From contig OX597817.1 in the NCBI GenBank assembly GCA_951406725.2, forward strand, positions 106,392,001-106,456,000: a stretch of DNA of 64,000 nt. The letters run 5' to 3'. This DNA is from Octopus vulgaris (lineage: Eukaryota). This document shows positions 27,840 through 42,330 of this stretch, in pieces. A program made the translations under genes and the position numbers. Below the pieces are notes generated by a model that was not told the DNA's origin, did no database searches, and saw only the letters and a list, made by a program, of their open reading frames with translations. Position 1 is the first letter of the stretch, and each line of letters starts with the position of its first letter.

Positions 27840-28574
27840 CGTGTGTGTGTGCGTGCGTGTGTGTGTGCATGCGTGTGTGTGTGCTGTGTGCTCGCGTCAG
27901 TACGCGTGTGCACGCGAGCGTCTGTACGCGTGTGTGTGGTGATTGGGTGAGTATTACATGCAATGTATATTTATATCAACGCTGTTAGGTAGGTCAAAGA
28001 AGATCATCTTTCACGAGTAGCAACCCACTCCCATCTTCCCCCCCTCTCTCTCTCTTTCATATGCAGGTAAGATATACTTCTTAAATAAAGGTCTTCTTTG
28101 CTTTTAATACAATATAGGACGAGGGCAGAAATATGAGTAAAGCAAGCTTAAAGATAAACATTTCTTCATATTGGCATTCAGAAATATCCTGTAATATAAC
28201 TTGGTCTATTGTAATTTATGTTGCCGAAATACTTATAAATACATCCCTAATTTTTCATTTGTCTAACCCATCCCCGTTATGTCTCTCTCTGTCTGTCTCT
28301 CTCTCTCTCTCCCTGTCTCTCACACACTCTCTCTCCCTCTCTCTCTTACTCTGTCTCCCTCTCTCACTGATGTTTTCCCCCAATCGTTCTTTTTCTTCTT
28401 TCTCTCCTTTCTGCTTTATTTTTTTTCTTCTCATTCTTAATATGCATCTTTGTGTCTCACTTTTTCCTTTCTTTTACGCATGCTCTCTCCTGGCTTCTCC
28501 TTCTTTATTTTGCCTTCTCTCTTCCTATCTCCATCTTTTCTCTCTCTCCATTTATCTCTCGCACTAACTTCCTT

Positions 28575-28656
<82 letters not shown>

Positions 28657-28684
28657 AAATCTTGATCTTTAGATATATGTACGT

Positions 28685-28724
<40 letters not shown>

Positions 28725-29317
28725 TGTATATGTATTTACGTATGTATGTATGTGTGTATGTATGTACAGTCAAAGGTGCTTAAAACCATCCTCTCACTTT
28801 TTTTTAAAATAAAGTATAGTGTATCCGGGATTGCATTTTTCCAATATTCCTCTCCTTTTTCCTTTTATAGTACAATAAGGCATGAATTGAGGGAAATGTA
28901 TTATTTCAAGTAGGTAGCGTGACTGTATAAGGATTTTCTCGTTTATAGTTTGTCAGTTGTGTAAATTCTTCAAGCGGAAATTTTGAGTGTAATTGTTTCT
29001 CAACAGCTAATAGGTTATAGTTCATCGAACTCATATGCAACATCATAATAGTTGTATGCGTGTATACAATAGTGTATGTATATATATGCATGTATGTATG
29101 TATGTATGTATGTATGTATGTATGTATGTATGTATGTATGTATGTATGTATGTATGTATCCTTTCCACCACTCTTCTCTTTTCTTTCCTTTCTTTTTTTG
29201 ATGAATGACTCTATCTCCGAAACGTCAAAAAAAACTTTTTTCGTTCCCCTTTTTCTTTAAAGCGTGATACTAATGTGAAAATTATTAGCCCCCTTGTTTT
29301 TCGTTTCTTGTTTTTTT

Positions 29318-29359
<42 letters not shown>

Positions 29360-30010
29360 AGAGAGAGTGAGAGACAGAAAGATAGAGAGAGTAAAAGGAG
29401 ATAGAATAGAGAAGTGAAAAAGACATGGTTTATTAGTCGAGTTTTTCGACTGAAACCCTCTCCAAAGTATCTGTTTTTCTAAGGTAGAAAACAGTATTTA
29501 GTTTCATCCTCGGACCTTCTCTGTTTAAACGATGGTGATGAAAACTCTATCTGGAAGTGGCTGTTGATTTAAAATGACTATAAACTTGTAGCTTATTACT
29601 TACTAGTGTAGTGTTCTTTTTGCGTCATCAGGTCGTCGAATTTACCCTTGTATGCGCTTCGTGCTTGACAGGGAATTTTTGTTAGAGACTACAAAAGTGG
29701 TTTCCCGTTGCCTTCTTTCGGATATTTTTTTCTTTCACTTACGTGGCAGTAAGTTGTCGACAAGATACAAACATATTTGTTACGCCTGTCTGGGTACTCA
29801 GAACGTATGTTCTGCTGTGTAAGGTATTTTGTCTAATGCTTTTACAATTCCGCCAAACCATCACATTAAGCTGGAATTTCATTTTATCAATACCAGAAGG
29901 ATAAAAAAAAAAAGTTGAACTCAGGACGTTAAGAGCTAGAATACTGCAAGGTATTTTGGCCGACTCTAATGTTACTTCCAATTCTTAGTTCGAAACGAAT
30001 AAATTGTAAT

Positions 30011-30232
30011 TAACGTATTTTCCGGCATACAAGTCGAATTTTTCAGACCAAAATTTAAAGTAATAATAATAATAATAAAGGTAAATCGAAGAAAAAAAAT
30101 CTCTGGTAGGATGATTATTCGGGAGAAAGGGGATGATTGAGCTATACAACGAGTTTAGACTTAAATATTGATGTTTTTGACCGAAAAAACTGCTTCATCC
30201 TATACACTACGTTGACTCATACATCGGAAAAC
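30011..30232. mobile_element. Old Tc2/pogo-like MITE
   Basis: taacgtattttccggcatacaagtcga ... ttgactcatacatcggaaaaca. Confidence 0.4.
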
Positions 30233-30564
30233 AAAAAATGTAAACTCGATGTAGGCAACTTTTTCTAACCGTAGGCTTTATTAGATATTGATCAGCATAC
30301 CTCAGGTCACACCACTAAAAGAGCAATTTAATAAATGTCGTATGCAACACAGTCTACCGTGTCATGAAAATATATTAATTTTAGGCATTAAAATTGTTAC
30401 AAAATGTTAATAAAATGTGTAGCTTCTTGCTTCCCAATCACATGCTTCGGGGTTCAGTCCCACTGCATGGCAACTTGAGCAAATGTTTTCGACTATAGCG
30501 TTGGGCTGACCAAAGACTTGTGGGGCGCGCGCGCGTGCACACACACACACACACAACACACACA

Positions 30565-30631
<67 letters not shown>

Positions 30632-31010
30632 TTTCTATCAGCCAAATTCACTCACGAGGCATTCATTGGTCGGCGCAGGACTTTAGTTGAAGATACGCGA
30701 CTAAAGTACCGCGCAGAGGGACTCAACCCAAGAACCACGTAGTGACAAAGTAACTTTCATGACCATACGACCATGCCTGTTTTATTATTATTATTTGTGT
30801 ATAATTGTTTAACATCAAGTCAGGCCTCATTGAGCAGACGGAGGAGCAAAGGTATAACAGCTCTGACCATCCCGTCTGCTTTTCATTCTTTTCAGATAGT
30901 TCATCTAGAACAGTGATTCTCAACGATTTTTTTAACATATGGATCCCTTTTGATTCCTATTTTACTCTGCTGGGCCCTGATAGCTATTTGAATTAATTAA
31001 ATATTATATT

Positions 31011-31220
31011 AGGCGCAGCAGTGGCTGTGTGGTAAGTAGCTTGCTTACCAACCACATGGTTCCGGGTTCAGTCCCACAGCATGGCACCTTGGGCAAGTGC
31101 CTTCTACTATAACCTCGGGCCGACCAAAGCCTTGTAAGTGAATTTGGTAGACGGAAACTGAAAGAAGTCCGTCGTATATGTATATATATATGTGTATGTA
31201 TATGTTTGTGTGTCTGTGTT
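31011..31220 (+). mobile_element. SINE family 1 (5' half)
   Basis: Similarity to other copies. Confidence 0.85.
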
Positions 31221-31581
31221 GAGAACCATTGATCTAGGTCTATAAGTCTAATATATCCTTCCATTACTTAAGGTCGTAAGGTGTGATTTGAGGAAGATTT
31301 GGCTGCTATTTATGGCAAAGTCGAGCAAAGACTGCATCGTTGACAATATAGTGGATTGTTCATTTAACAATTACTCACAATTTCTCCATTGTTTTTGACT
31401 GAACTGAGAGAAAAAATTTTATTTCCTCATTTTTGACAAACTGGTCTTTGTTTTTCATCTGAACTTTTTTTTCCCCACTGGTCCCTTATCTTTACTGTAG
31501 AAATCTCTGAAAGTTCTCTTTTGTTTTGGATAGGAAGAAGAGGAAAGGAAAAAAAAAAGTTCAGTGAGACGGGAACACATG

Positions 31582-31649
<68 letters not shown>

Positions 31650-31848
31650 GTTTTGCTCGATCGGTCTTCGGTGCACACTTTGCGCTGAGTGTACGTGCCA
31701 ACATATATCAAACTCCAAGAACTCCCAATATAAAGCCGTATTGGCCACTTTTATGCTTTTGCATCTCAAAATAACCTGAACCTATGTATAGTGCAAACAT
31801 ACACGCGCACACACACACACACATACACACACAGATAGACAGACAGAT

Positions 31849-31915
<67 letters not shown>

Positions 31916-31969
31916 GAGATAGATAGAGAGATAGAGAGATAGACAGACAGACAGACAGACAGGCAGTCG

Positions 31970-32032
<63 letters not shown>

Positions 32033-32127
32033 GGATGGATGGATAGATGGATGGATGGATGGATGGATGGATAGATAGATCAACAGACAAGCATATACAT
32101 ACATACATACATACATACATACATACA

Positions 32128-32161
<34 letters not shown>

Positions 32162-32484
32162 CATAAGGTAGGATAATTGCTCTGCTGTTAATGACAAATA
32201 AGGAAGAAACACGTGCCTTCAGCTGTCCTCTTCTCACTAGACAATCAGACTGACTCTTCCTAAATGGCATGTTAATTTTGAGAAATTTTGATTGTTTAGA
32301 TTATCCCCTCTTCTCATCTGGAGTTGGTGCCAATTACTAACAAGTAATTATTCTATCTTTTCTTGAAGCTCAGATAATTTCAATAAATCAAGAATTGATC
32401 ATGTATTGAATATATGTTTTTTTAAATACAAGCCAATGCACCCATCCCACCCACTGATTTATTTCTGTAGACTCATTTTTGCTT

Positions 32485-32534
<50 letters not shown>

Positions 32535-33128
32535 CGCGCGTCTATACATACATACATACATACATACATACATACATACATACATACATACATACATACA
32601 TACACACACACACAAACATACATACATACATACATACATACATACATACATACATACATACATACATACATACATACATACATACATACATACATACTGT
32701 AGCGAATTAATGCAGAACTTATGGCTCTTGTATTCCGACTATAAATTCTCATTTGTACTTACCATCATAGGAGCATAAAAGTACCTACAAATTTACGCAA
32801 AAACCTTGAAATACTAGATTTTTCGAAGAAAGAGCAAACCAAACTGACGCGGATTCCCCAAATCCAAACTATTAATGGTACAGTGAAGATTTGTAAGAAA
32901 TTCCAAAGATTCTTCATCTGATATTCTTTAGGTGAATAGATGCACACACTCGGGTGTGTGCATCAACAGCACAACCAATACACAAACTCAACCACACATT
33001 TACAAACACCGGGAACTTTCTTAACTCAAAAAATCTTGTTGCTTTTTTGGCAACTGGCTTGAACGCATTTAAGAACTTACACGAAACACACACGCACGCA
33101 TACACACACACACACACACACACGCACG

Positions 33129-33192
<64 letters not shown>

Positions 33193-33204
33193 TACATACA
33201 TACA

Positions 33205-33676
33205 TACCGTAAATCCTCGAGTATAGTTCGCCCTTGAGTATAATACGCAGGGTATTTTTAGGGGGCTGTGCCTCTGAAAAACTTGTGTATAATACGCACC
33301 CCTTCACTAACTTGAGTCAAGGAGGTCTATTTAACGTCCTTGTTTTGTAAAAATGTATACGGTAACGTCCTTTATTATTGTATATATAACATAATGCAAA
33401 CGTGTAGCTTTTTTGTGCATTTTGTTTGCAGAAAATAAAGAAATAACAGTAATAACGTTTAATAAATTTTGCTTCAAATTATGGATGATTCTTTTATGAC
33501 TTCATTGCTTTCAGGCTTAGCTTAAGGTATTTTCGCGTCCGACATCACAAAATGCGTCTGAATAAACATTGTTTAGAATATATTTTTCATTTTTAATCTC
33601 GTATATAGTACACACTAGGGATTTTGACCTTTAAATTTTGGGAAAAAATGCAGATTATACTCGAGGATTTACGGTA
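33205..33676. mobile_element. Tc2/pogo-like MITE, inverted relative to 14367-14870
   Basis: TIRs taccgtaaatcctcgagtata / tatactcgaggatttacggta. Confidence 0.85.
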
Positions 33677-33928
33677 TACATCACATAGGAATAGTAGTAT
33701 GGCAGGTTGATTTGCTAGCCAACAGTTTCTGCTTTCTCTTAGAGCGGTGTCAAGTGAGATGAAACCGGTATGGATAACGGAAAATAGAAACAAAAGCTAT
33801 GCCGATGTCAATAGATGATACATTATATGAGTGCGTCTTTGTGTATCCTATCGAGGATTTACGGTAGATACATACATGCATATACACATACATACATACA
33901 TACATACATACATACATACATACATACA

Positions 33929-33959
<31 letters not shown>

Positions 33960-34964
33960 TTTTGGGGCAGTCACTCAGGTCCAAGAAAGACGATTCCGCA
34001 ATTTCTTGCTGAACAATCTGCCCAGATGATTTGTTTGTAGGGATCAAATATCTATGTTGTACCTGAGCTAACTCTTTCCATCAAATTGACATTGCCTGTA
34101 CGAGTGCACGGTTTATCACTCGTCAGATGTCGAAGTGTTCGCAGAGCAGCGTGAAATATGAACTGTTTTGCTCAAGAACACAAAACGCTGCCTGGTCAAC
34201 GAAACGAAACTATGATTTCGCGATCGTGAATGCAACAACCCTAACCACTAGGCCACGCGCCTTCACAAACGTATGTCCATACATACATACATACATACAT
34301 ACATACATACATACATACATACATTCATACATACATACATACATACATACATACATACATACATACAACGAAATACAGTGCACACACATTTTCATCTACA
34401 ATAATCAAACAAGAATCATTTTTTTTAATTAGGTCTCTTTTTTTTTTTAAATCTCGGTCTCACTCGCTTCAAGTAATACTGGCGAATAGTTTTATATTAT
34501 AAGTGGTATAGTTGTGAATGTGTATGCAACACTGGATTGTGATATTATAGTGATTATAAAAATATATTACTAAAACATTTATGAACTGAATCAGTGAGCT
34601 GTGTTATTATAAGTGCTTTATTGACTATAAAAATACCGCGCAATTATAATTTATTCATAATCATTATTCTTTGTAAATGATCATTCTTTCTTAATGATGC
34701 GGCACAACTTATTCATTTGTGTATTAATAATTTGCTCATAAATGAGAACAACATTCTTCCGTAATCAGTTAGTCAACAAAAGCCATCAGTATTAAAATTA
34801 TAACTGTTTGTTGTCTGTTTTTGGAAATGTACCGTCATATATCGACTGAAAAAAATAAATAAATAAAACGGAAAAGAAAAGTTTCATTTGAGATCAAAGT
34901 CTCCGAAGGATAACAAACTTGAACAAGCCTTGATTCCATGAACATTATTGTGGCTTCTATATTC

Positions 34965-35350
34965 TTTTCTACTCTAGGCACAAGGCCCGAACTTTAGGGG
35001 GAGGGGGCCAGTCGATTAAATCGACCCAATACGCAACTGCTACTTAATTTATTGACCCTGAAAGGATGAAAGGCAAAGTCGACCTCGGCGGTATTTGAAT
35101 TCAGAATGCAAAGACAGACGAAATACCTATTTCTTTACTACCCACAAGGGGCTACACACAGAGGGGCCAAACAAGGACAGACAAACGGTGTAATTCGATT
35201 ACATCGACACCAGTGCGTAACTGGTACTTATTTAATTGACCCCGAAAGGATGAAAGGCAAAGCCAACCTCGGCGGAATTTGAACTCAGAACGTAGCGGCA
35301 GACGAAATACCACTAAGCATTTCGCCCGCTGTGCTAACGTTTCTGCTAGC
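34965..35350 (-). mobile_element. SINE family 2 dimer
   Basis: Two body units. Confidence 0.85.
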
Positions 35351-35699
35351 TGTTGTGACTTCTATATTGTGAAAAGTTATGATTCAACTAACAGCGGTTA
35401 ATGAAAAAACAGCTCAAACGACCACTAGTCCAACTGAATGTGTTGTGTCAAATCATATAAATATAATATTTTTGACTACGTCGGCTTTGGAATATTAGAA
35501 AGCGCCGAGCTTAATGAAGCAATAAAACGGGGAGTATATATATTTCTAATAGAATTTCCAGTAGATGATTTAGTACATACATTTTCTATGTCTTTAACGA
35601 ACCGTAAAACATTCACGTGACTGGCTAGTTTGAAGCAGATGCAAAAAAGACTTTTCTATTTTCCATGTCAATTAATCAGTAACCTTCAACACCAGCGGT

Positions 35700-37450
35700 G
35701 ATGTACTCTTTCTACTATTTCAGGAGTAAATGTTAAGTAAAAGAATCTTACTGAAAGGTTATCAGAGAAGAGGAATAGTGTTCATCTCAAGCTTTGTTTT
35801 GCTAACTTGCAAAATTTTGAATTACGATACATCATATTTCAATAAATCTTCTGTTGACGGTCCTTTTGTTCAAATTATTCGACACCAGATAAATATTTGG
35901 AAGAAATGTACTGGATATTACACTCTTTTGTGGAGATCAAGATCAACTTTTAAAGACAAGGCCCACATTGTTGACAAAAAGACAATGAAAATTTCTTGGG
36001 AAATTCGGAACAGATTAGTCATTATGAATAGTCATTTGAACAAATTAAAGGTTTCTTGAATTAAAAAATAACGAATGCAAACTCAGTCAGAATGAGTTTA
36101 TTAGTTGTTGTGCCAATGAAGCTTGAAAGTTTTTTTTAACAGAACGTGTATAATTCTGGCTCGTCAGATACAGAACAAACTGCATTATTAACCAATCTGA
36201 AGTAAAAGAAAGACTTCTTGATTTCTCAAAAAGACGGTGATGTGGCCAAATTAAAACGTGCTATTAAAAAGAAAAGCGTGATACTTCATTGTCTATAAAT
36301 CTTTGTCTACTCTACGATAACAAGAATAATATGAATGATAGCTGAATGGTTTTGTTAAGTGAATCCAGTCCTCTGTATTTTTCTTTGTGCCTGCCATAGT
36401 CTTGATTCAGGAGGAGCTTGTGCATCTAAATGTTGCAATGGAAACTCTTTCTTTTCATCTGTTCAGAATCTCTACAATATATTTAGAAAGCTTAACGATA
36501 ACAAATTCCAAGAAATTGACAAGAAATTTCAGTGCATAAAACCTTTGTGAGAGCTGAAAGTTTTACGCCTTCGCAGCTCATATTCCTGTCATGTAACGAA
36601 CAAGTATATCTTTGCTTAACCTGAATTTAACTTCAGAAACAATTTAAAACGTAAGAAGTATCCCAACTTATTTGAATTCCTTTGAGTGTATTATTATGGT
36701 ATTAATTTGGAACAAAATTTTAACAGCTATTTACTGTTGTAATATTTGCTCTTCGAGTTTTTCTTGGTGAAGGTAAAATTGAAAATATTAAATTGAAACC
36801 CAAATGATATTTTCAACAAGAGACAGACGTTGAAAAAAAGTTCTTTGATGAAGCTGAGAACGCATATATATATATATACAATACTTAACTAACTTACCAT
36901 CGAAATGGAAGTATTTTGTGGAATATTTAGCTCCACTATTTCAATCATTTCAAGACGCTTCAATGTTGCAATTTATTTCAGTAGTTTGTATTCCTTTGGA
37001 AATATCCTGAAAAAGAAAATGAACAAATTGAACTCTATATCAATCAATTATGGGAATATATATCAATAAATCAGCTGATGCGAAAGATGAAATGTTCCAT
37101 GTTGAAATCAATACATGAATCACATATATTCTCTGACTTCAAATCCGCCAATCCACCAACTGAATCATCGACGAAACTTAGAGTGCTGCAACTTATTGCA
37201 GTATTATTCCTAAAAGTAAATATAGCACTTCGACTATTTTGCTGCCTACCAGTCACAGTTGCACAGACTGAAAAATCTTTCAGCGTATTCACTCGTATTA
37301 AGAATGCTATGAGATCAACGATGTGCCAAAAAAACAGGTTATCTAATCTGAGAATCTCGGCAGTCAAATATCATCTCTTATATGTGAACTTAGTAATTAT
37401 GACTCTGTAATTGATGTTTTTGCTGGTCGTAAGATTGGAGTAGTTCCCTT
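35700..37450 (+). mobile_element. Decayed hAT transposase, with C-terminal dimerisation domain at ~37180-37370
   Basis: IALRLFCCLPVTVAQTEKSFSVFTRIKNAMRSTMCQ.RLSNL; left boundary approximate. Confidence 0.8.
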
Positions 37451-37904
37451 GTTATTAATACTACGAATACATGTTGTTATATTTGATAAAATAAACTTAA
37501 TTCTATTATGTTTTGACTTGGTTATAGTCATTTTTTTTCTTTCTTATTCTTAGGAGAACTTTAGCAGTCAAAATCAACAATTTAGCTACTTACCAATAAA
37601 CGGATAGATAAATAAATAAATAAATAAATAGAAAAACAAATTCTAAAGAAACAGGCACAGAAGTGACTGTGGTACAAGAGGTTTCTTTCCCAATCACATG
37701 ATTTCAGGTTCAGTCCCACGAAGTGGCACCTTGGGCAAGTGTCCTCCAATGTAGCCTCGGGTTGTGATTAGATTTAGTAGACGGAATTGAAAGAGCCCAT
37801 CGTATACAAATACACGCACACACACACACACACACATACACACACACTCACTCACACACACGCGCACACACGCACACATACATACATACATACATACATA
37901 CACA

Positions 37905-37952
<48 letters not shown>

Positions 37953-38049
37953 CATATCGTTTTTCTTTTTAGAAAAACATAAATCCGGAGAAGAAGCACA
38001 CTCTAAGAAGTAGAGCAGTCTATATTTATTACTAGTGAAGGCCGGTTTA

Positions 38050-38109
38050 TAGGGTTACCCTGAGTTTCTCATCATAAAGGGTACCTTTATGGCGTATCTT
38101 CAGACCCTA
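38050..38109 (-). ncRNA. Type I hammerhead ribozyme motif, family B, intact core
   Basis: TAGGGT-CTGAAGA-..CATAAAGG/CCTTTATG..-GAAAC-tcagg-GTA-ACCCTA. Confidence 0.8.
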
Positions 38110-38154
38110 AGTCCTATCTTAAATATTTTGAAGAGGACATAGGCCAACAGGTCT

Positions 38155-38214
38155 TAGGGTCTGAAAATACACCATAAAGGTACCCTTTATGACGAGAAAC
38201 CCTGGGTAACCCTA
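38155..38214 (+). ncRNA. Type I hammerhead ribozyme motif, family B (CTGAAAA, G8 mutated)
   Basis: TAGGGT-CTGAAAA-stem II-GAAAC-cctgg-GTA-ACCCTA. Confidence 0.7.
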
Positions 38215-38305
38215 TAAACCGGCCTTCACTAGTAATACACACACATACACACACACACACACGCACATATACGTATGTACATACATACATACATACATAC
38301 ATACA

Positions 38306-38339
<34 letters not shown>

Positions 38340-38681
38340 CACAGTTGTGTTTGTTTTTCTGTTTGTGTATGGGTCCCATAATCGCTTGACAACCGGTGTT
38401 GGTTCGTTTATGTCCCATTAATCCAACGGTTCGGTACAATTAGCCCGAAAGAATAAGTACCAGATTTTTTTTTAAATACGTACCGGAGGTTGATTTGTTC
38501 GACTAAGCCCTTCAAGACGGGAGCTCCAGCATGGCCAGAGTCCAATGACTGACACAAATAAAATATAAAAGTTGGGGTCTGCGTCAATGAAAATTTTCTA
38601 ATAAAATTCTAATAAAATCTAGATACGTTTGTTTTCTGTAAAAAGAGAGAATTCCTTATTTTTTTAACTTTGCACGGTATA

Positions 38682-38754
38682 GCCAAAGTAGCTCCGTTGG
38701 GAGAACGTTAGAGTGTAGATCGAAAGATCCCTTATTCAACTCCGGTTTTCGGCA
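38682..38754 (+). pseudogene. tRNA-Phe-derived pseudogene (anticodon mutated GAA to GTA)
   Basis: 73 nt colinear with the canonical animal tRNA-Phe as recalled (about 14 mismatches); stems and box B damaged. Confidence 0.8.
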
Positions 38755-38776
38755 TCCTGCGGCTGATCCACTTTCT

Positions 38777-39195
38777 TGGGGCGCTGGCGTGGCTATATGA
38801 TAAGAAGTTTGCTTCCCATCATGATTCTGGGCTCAGTCTCCACTGCGTGGCACCTTGAGCAAAATGTCTTCTATCATAGCTTCAGGTTGACCAAAGCTTT
38901 GAGTGGAATTAGTAGACGGAAATTAAAAGACACTAACGTAGCTAGGGAGGGGGCGGTCGGTAAGAGCGGAAACATGTAAAAGAATGAAAGAATATGTCTT
39001 TGTGTCTTCGTTTGTCTCCCACCACCGTTGACAACCGGTGTTCGTGTGTCTACGACCCCGTAACTTAGCGATTCGGCAAAAGAGACCGACGGAATAAGTG
39101 ACAGGCTTAGCAAATAAAATAAATAAAATAAAATAAATACTGGGGTGAATTCATTTGACTAAAACAAATTGTTCAAGACAGTGCCCCAGCATGAA
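38777..39195 (+). mobile_element. SINE family 1 copy
   Basis: Similarity to other copies. Confidence 0.75.
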
Positions 39196-40223
39196 ACAAA
39201 CAAAAGGAGAGATAAAAGGTGTTTGAAATTATCGAGGTTTACGATATCAATCGATAACCCTCTTAATATTCCAACCATGACCCGTAACTTTATTAGTTCA
39301 ACACTTACTATATCAAACACATTGCTCAACACAGATTTCTCACCCCAATGCGTAAATTTACAATCATTGTTTTTAATCAATGGAATTATTTTACTTCGTC
39401 AGCAGGACTGATCGTATTTCGGCGTTACACGGAGGAAAAACTTTGAATATGGGAAGAAAATATTAATTACGTCTAACAAAAGAAAGAGATCAATTCAAGC
39501 AAAATATCAAGTTTCAATTACTTTCGTTAACTATAACACAGAGAGAATGAGAGGTCGATTTCCTGTACATGTAACTAACTGCGAGGACTTTCTTTTCTAT
39601 TTAGTTTTGGCTATCTTTCGATAAAGGTAGACGATCAATGAAAGTATCTGTTCGGCAATTTCCGTAAAAATTTTTATTTCTTAAAGTTTTTCAGCTGAAT
39701 CGTTTTTTTTTTTTTTAAATTACTTTTTGTGTATTTATTATGTGTTTGTATGTATGTATGTATGTATGTATGAATATTTTTGTAAATACTGTATATGCAT
39801 GTGTATTTGGGTATACACACACATATACAAATATACATACACTAACATAAACACATATTTTTTTAATTCTTTTACTTTTTTCAGTCATTTGACTGCAGTC
39901 ATGCTGGGTTTTTTAGTCGAAGAAATTGGCCCCAAGAGTTATTCTTTGTAAGCATAGTCACTTATTCAATCGATCTCTTTTGCCGAACCGCTGGTTTAGT
40001 GGATTTAAACACATCAACATCAGTTGTCAAGTGACGGCGTGGGGTCAAACACAAACACAAAGACACACGCACGTAAATAAATACATATATATGTATATCC
40101 ACAAAAAATACATAAATACAGTACTTAAATAAATATATACACTTATATAAGCACAAACACATAATACATACAAAAAAAATACATAAACATAAGCATTTCA
40201 GCTGAAAAAAAATTAAAAGCCCA

Positions 40224-40259
<36 letters not shown>

Positions 40260-40319
40260 ATTGCCGAACAAATGCTTTCATTATCCGTCTACATTTATCG
40301 AAAGATACCTATTACTTTT

Positions 40320-40560
40320 ATTGTCTCCGCCCTCTAAGGCGGAGGTATTGTTTTCAGTCGTGTTTGTTTGTTTGTCCGTGGACACGATGTCTCAAGAACT
40401 GCTGGATGGATTTGGAAGAAACTCTCAGAAATGTTTGGCCTCGTGACTGGCACGAACTGGTTAGATTTTGGAATCGATCCGGTACTGGACAAGGATTTTG
40501 GATTATTTTTCCGGTTTTTTTTTTTTTAACTTAAATTTTGAGAGCGGTCGGGTTCATTTT
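40320..40560 (+). mobile_element. Helentron-associated non-autonomous (HINE/DINE-like) element
   Basis: tctccgcc..ggcggaggtattgttttc, (gttt)n, actgctggatggattt..gaaact, ttagattttgg..gatccgg layout. Confidence 0.55.
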
Positions 40561-40764
40561 TAGTATTCTTGTTTGTGAGAGCAGTCAAGTTTATTTCAGA
40601 TATCCTCCTTTTAAATATCATCTCTGGCTGATCGTTGAGAGGACGTTGGCGTTGTCGTTGGTGTTTTATTTGAGTCAGTTGAGTTGGAGGTGTGTGCGTT
40701 CTGTGTGGGTGCTGTTGTTGTTTAGCTGTTATTTGTTGAATTGTTAGATTGTTGTTGCTTGGGA

Positions 40765-41316
<552 letters not shown>

Positions 41317-41319
41317 GTT

Positions 41320-41768
41320 GCCGTTTTTTAGTTTCCTTCCCCGTTTATGGGTGAAGGTGTGAACGGTATGGAGGGTGCACCGGTGCAGGCGGGCAGTTGT
41401 GCTGCGATGATTGGCGGGACCCTGTCAGCAGAGGTGCTGTAAGTTGAGGAAATTGAATTGCGGGAGAACTTCATGAGGCACACTGATTTCTTGAGAGAGG
41501 CTGGTAGCCTGGGGTTGGCGCTTCCCAAGGAGGTGTTGGAAGGGGTAGAGAGGGTAACAGTTCTGTGCGGAACATTGAATATTGCAACGAAAAGGGTGGA
41601 AGTAGCGGCGGTCGAGGGGTGCCTGAGAGAAGTTAGGAACGTAGCGACGTGTCACACTGGAGGAAGGAAGTGCGGCACAGTGGAGGTGCGCTTCGTGAAT
41701 GGGGAGGAAGCGAGAAGGTGCTCCACTGTGCCTTTGAGATCGGCACAGTGGACGCTGCTACCGACTTG
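41320..41768 (+). mobile_element. Probable LINE (Tx1-like) ORF1 N-terminal fragment
   Basis: GC-rich ORF ...VEGCLREVRNV...GTVEVRF.NGEEARR...WTLLPT, RRM-like. Confidence 0.45.
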
Positions 41769-41809
41769 CTTATTTTGCATTTGCCTTTATTCTTTTACTT
41801 GTTTCAGTC

Positions 41810-42330
41810 ACTTCCTCCGTTTTTACAGTTGCACTCGCCAGCCTCTTTGCCTCCTCCGCTCTCCTGAACTGGACAACCACCGTCCTGTATCCCTATCCTT
41901 TCGCTATATGTCACTTCCTTCGAAAGCCCCTTCAATGCTTTTTCTACTTTTTCCATCTCCATCCATTTCATCTTCCTACTCTCTACTGAGTACACCTTGT
42001 AGGTAATGGTCTTCTTTTCCATATTTTCCATTACCCTTTGCGGGGGTAATAACTTTACGTCACTGTCCCTCTTCTGTGTTATCTTACTCAGCTCATTCAG
42101 TCCGGCCAGGTCCACCTCCCTTTTCTTCACCTCTGCAGCCTCAGCAAAACTCTTTACTCTTTCCAAATGCTCGTCCATTCTATTTACCGCCTTAACGAGC
42201 TCCTCCTCCGCAGAGGACAGCTCATACTCGCTAAGGTCTGAATACATTGTCTTTACTAGTTAAACATCCGCTGCCAAGCAGCACAAAAAATTCCGTCCGA
42301 CTCGTCAAAAATCAACACAGTGAATAGACC
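41810..42330 (-). mobile_element. Probable LINE (Tx1-like) 5' UTR plus ORF1 N-terminus of a second family
   Basis: MYSDLSEYELSSAEEE...coiled-coil...KKTITYKVYS...VEKAL. Confidence 0.45.

Larger units (their letters stand above)
38027..38237. mobile_element. 211-bp fold-back mini-element (85-bp arms), probable PLE-terminus derivative
   Basis: 38027-38111 is the reverse complement of 38153-38237. Confidence 0.8.
37653..38570 (+). mobile_element. SINE family 1 copy split by microsatellite and the hammerhead hairpin insertion
   Basis: Head at 37653-37805, tail at 38345-38570. Confidence 0.75.

Noticed and set aside
27081-28913. Many overlapping [16 protein letters not shown] ORFs (also throughout the window)
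   Set aside because: Stop-free simple repeats, not genes
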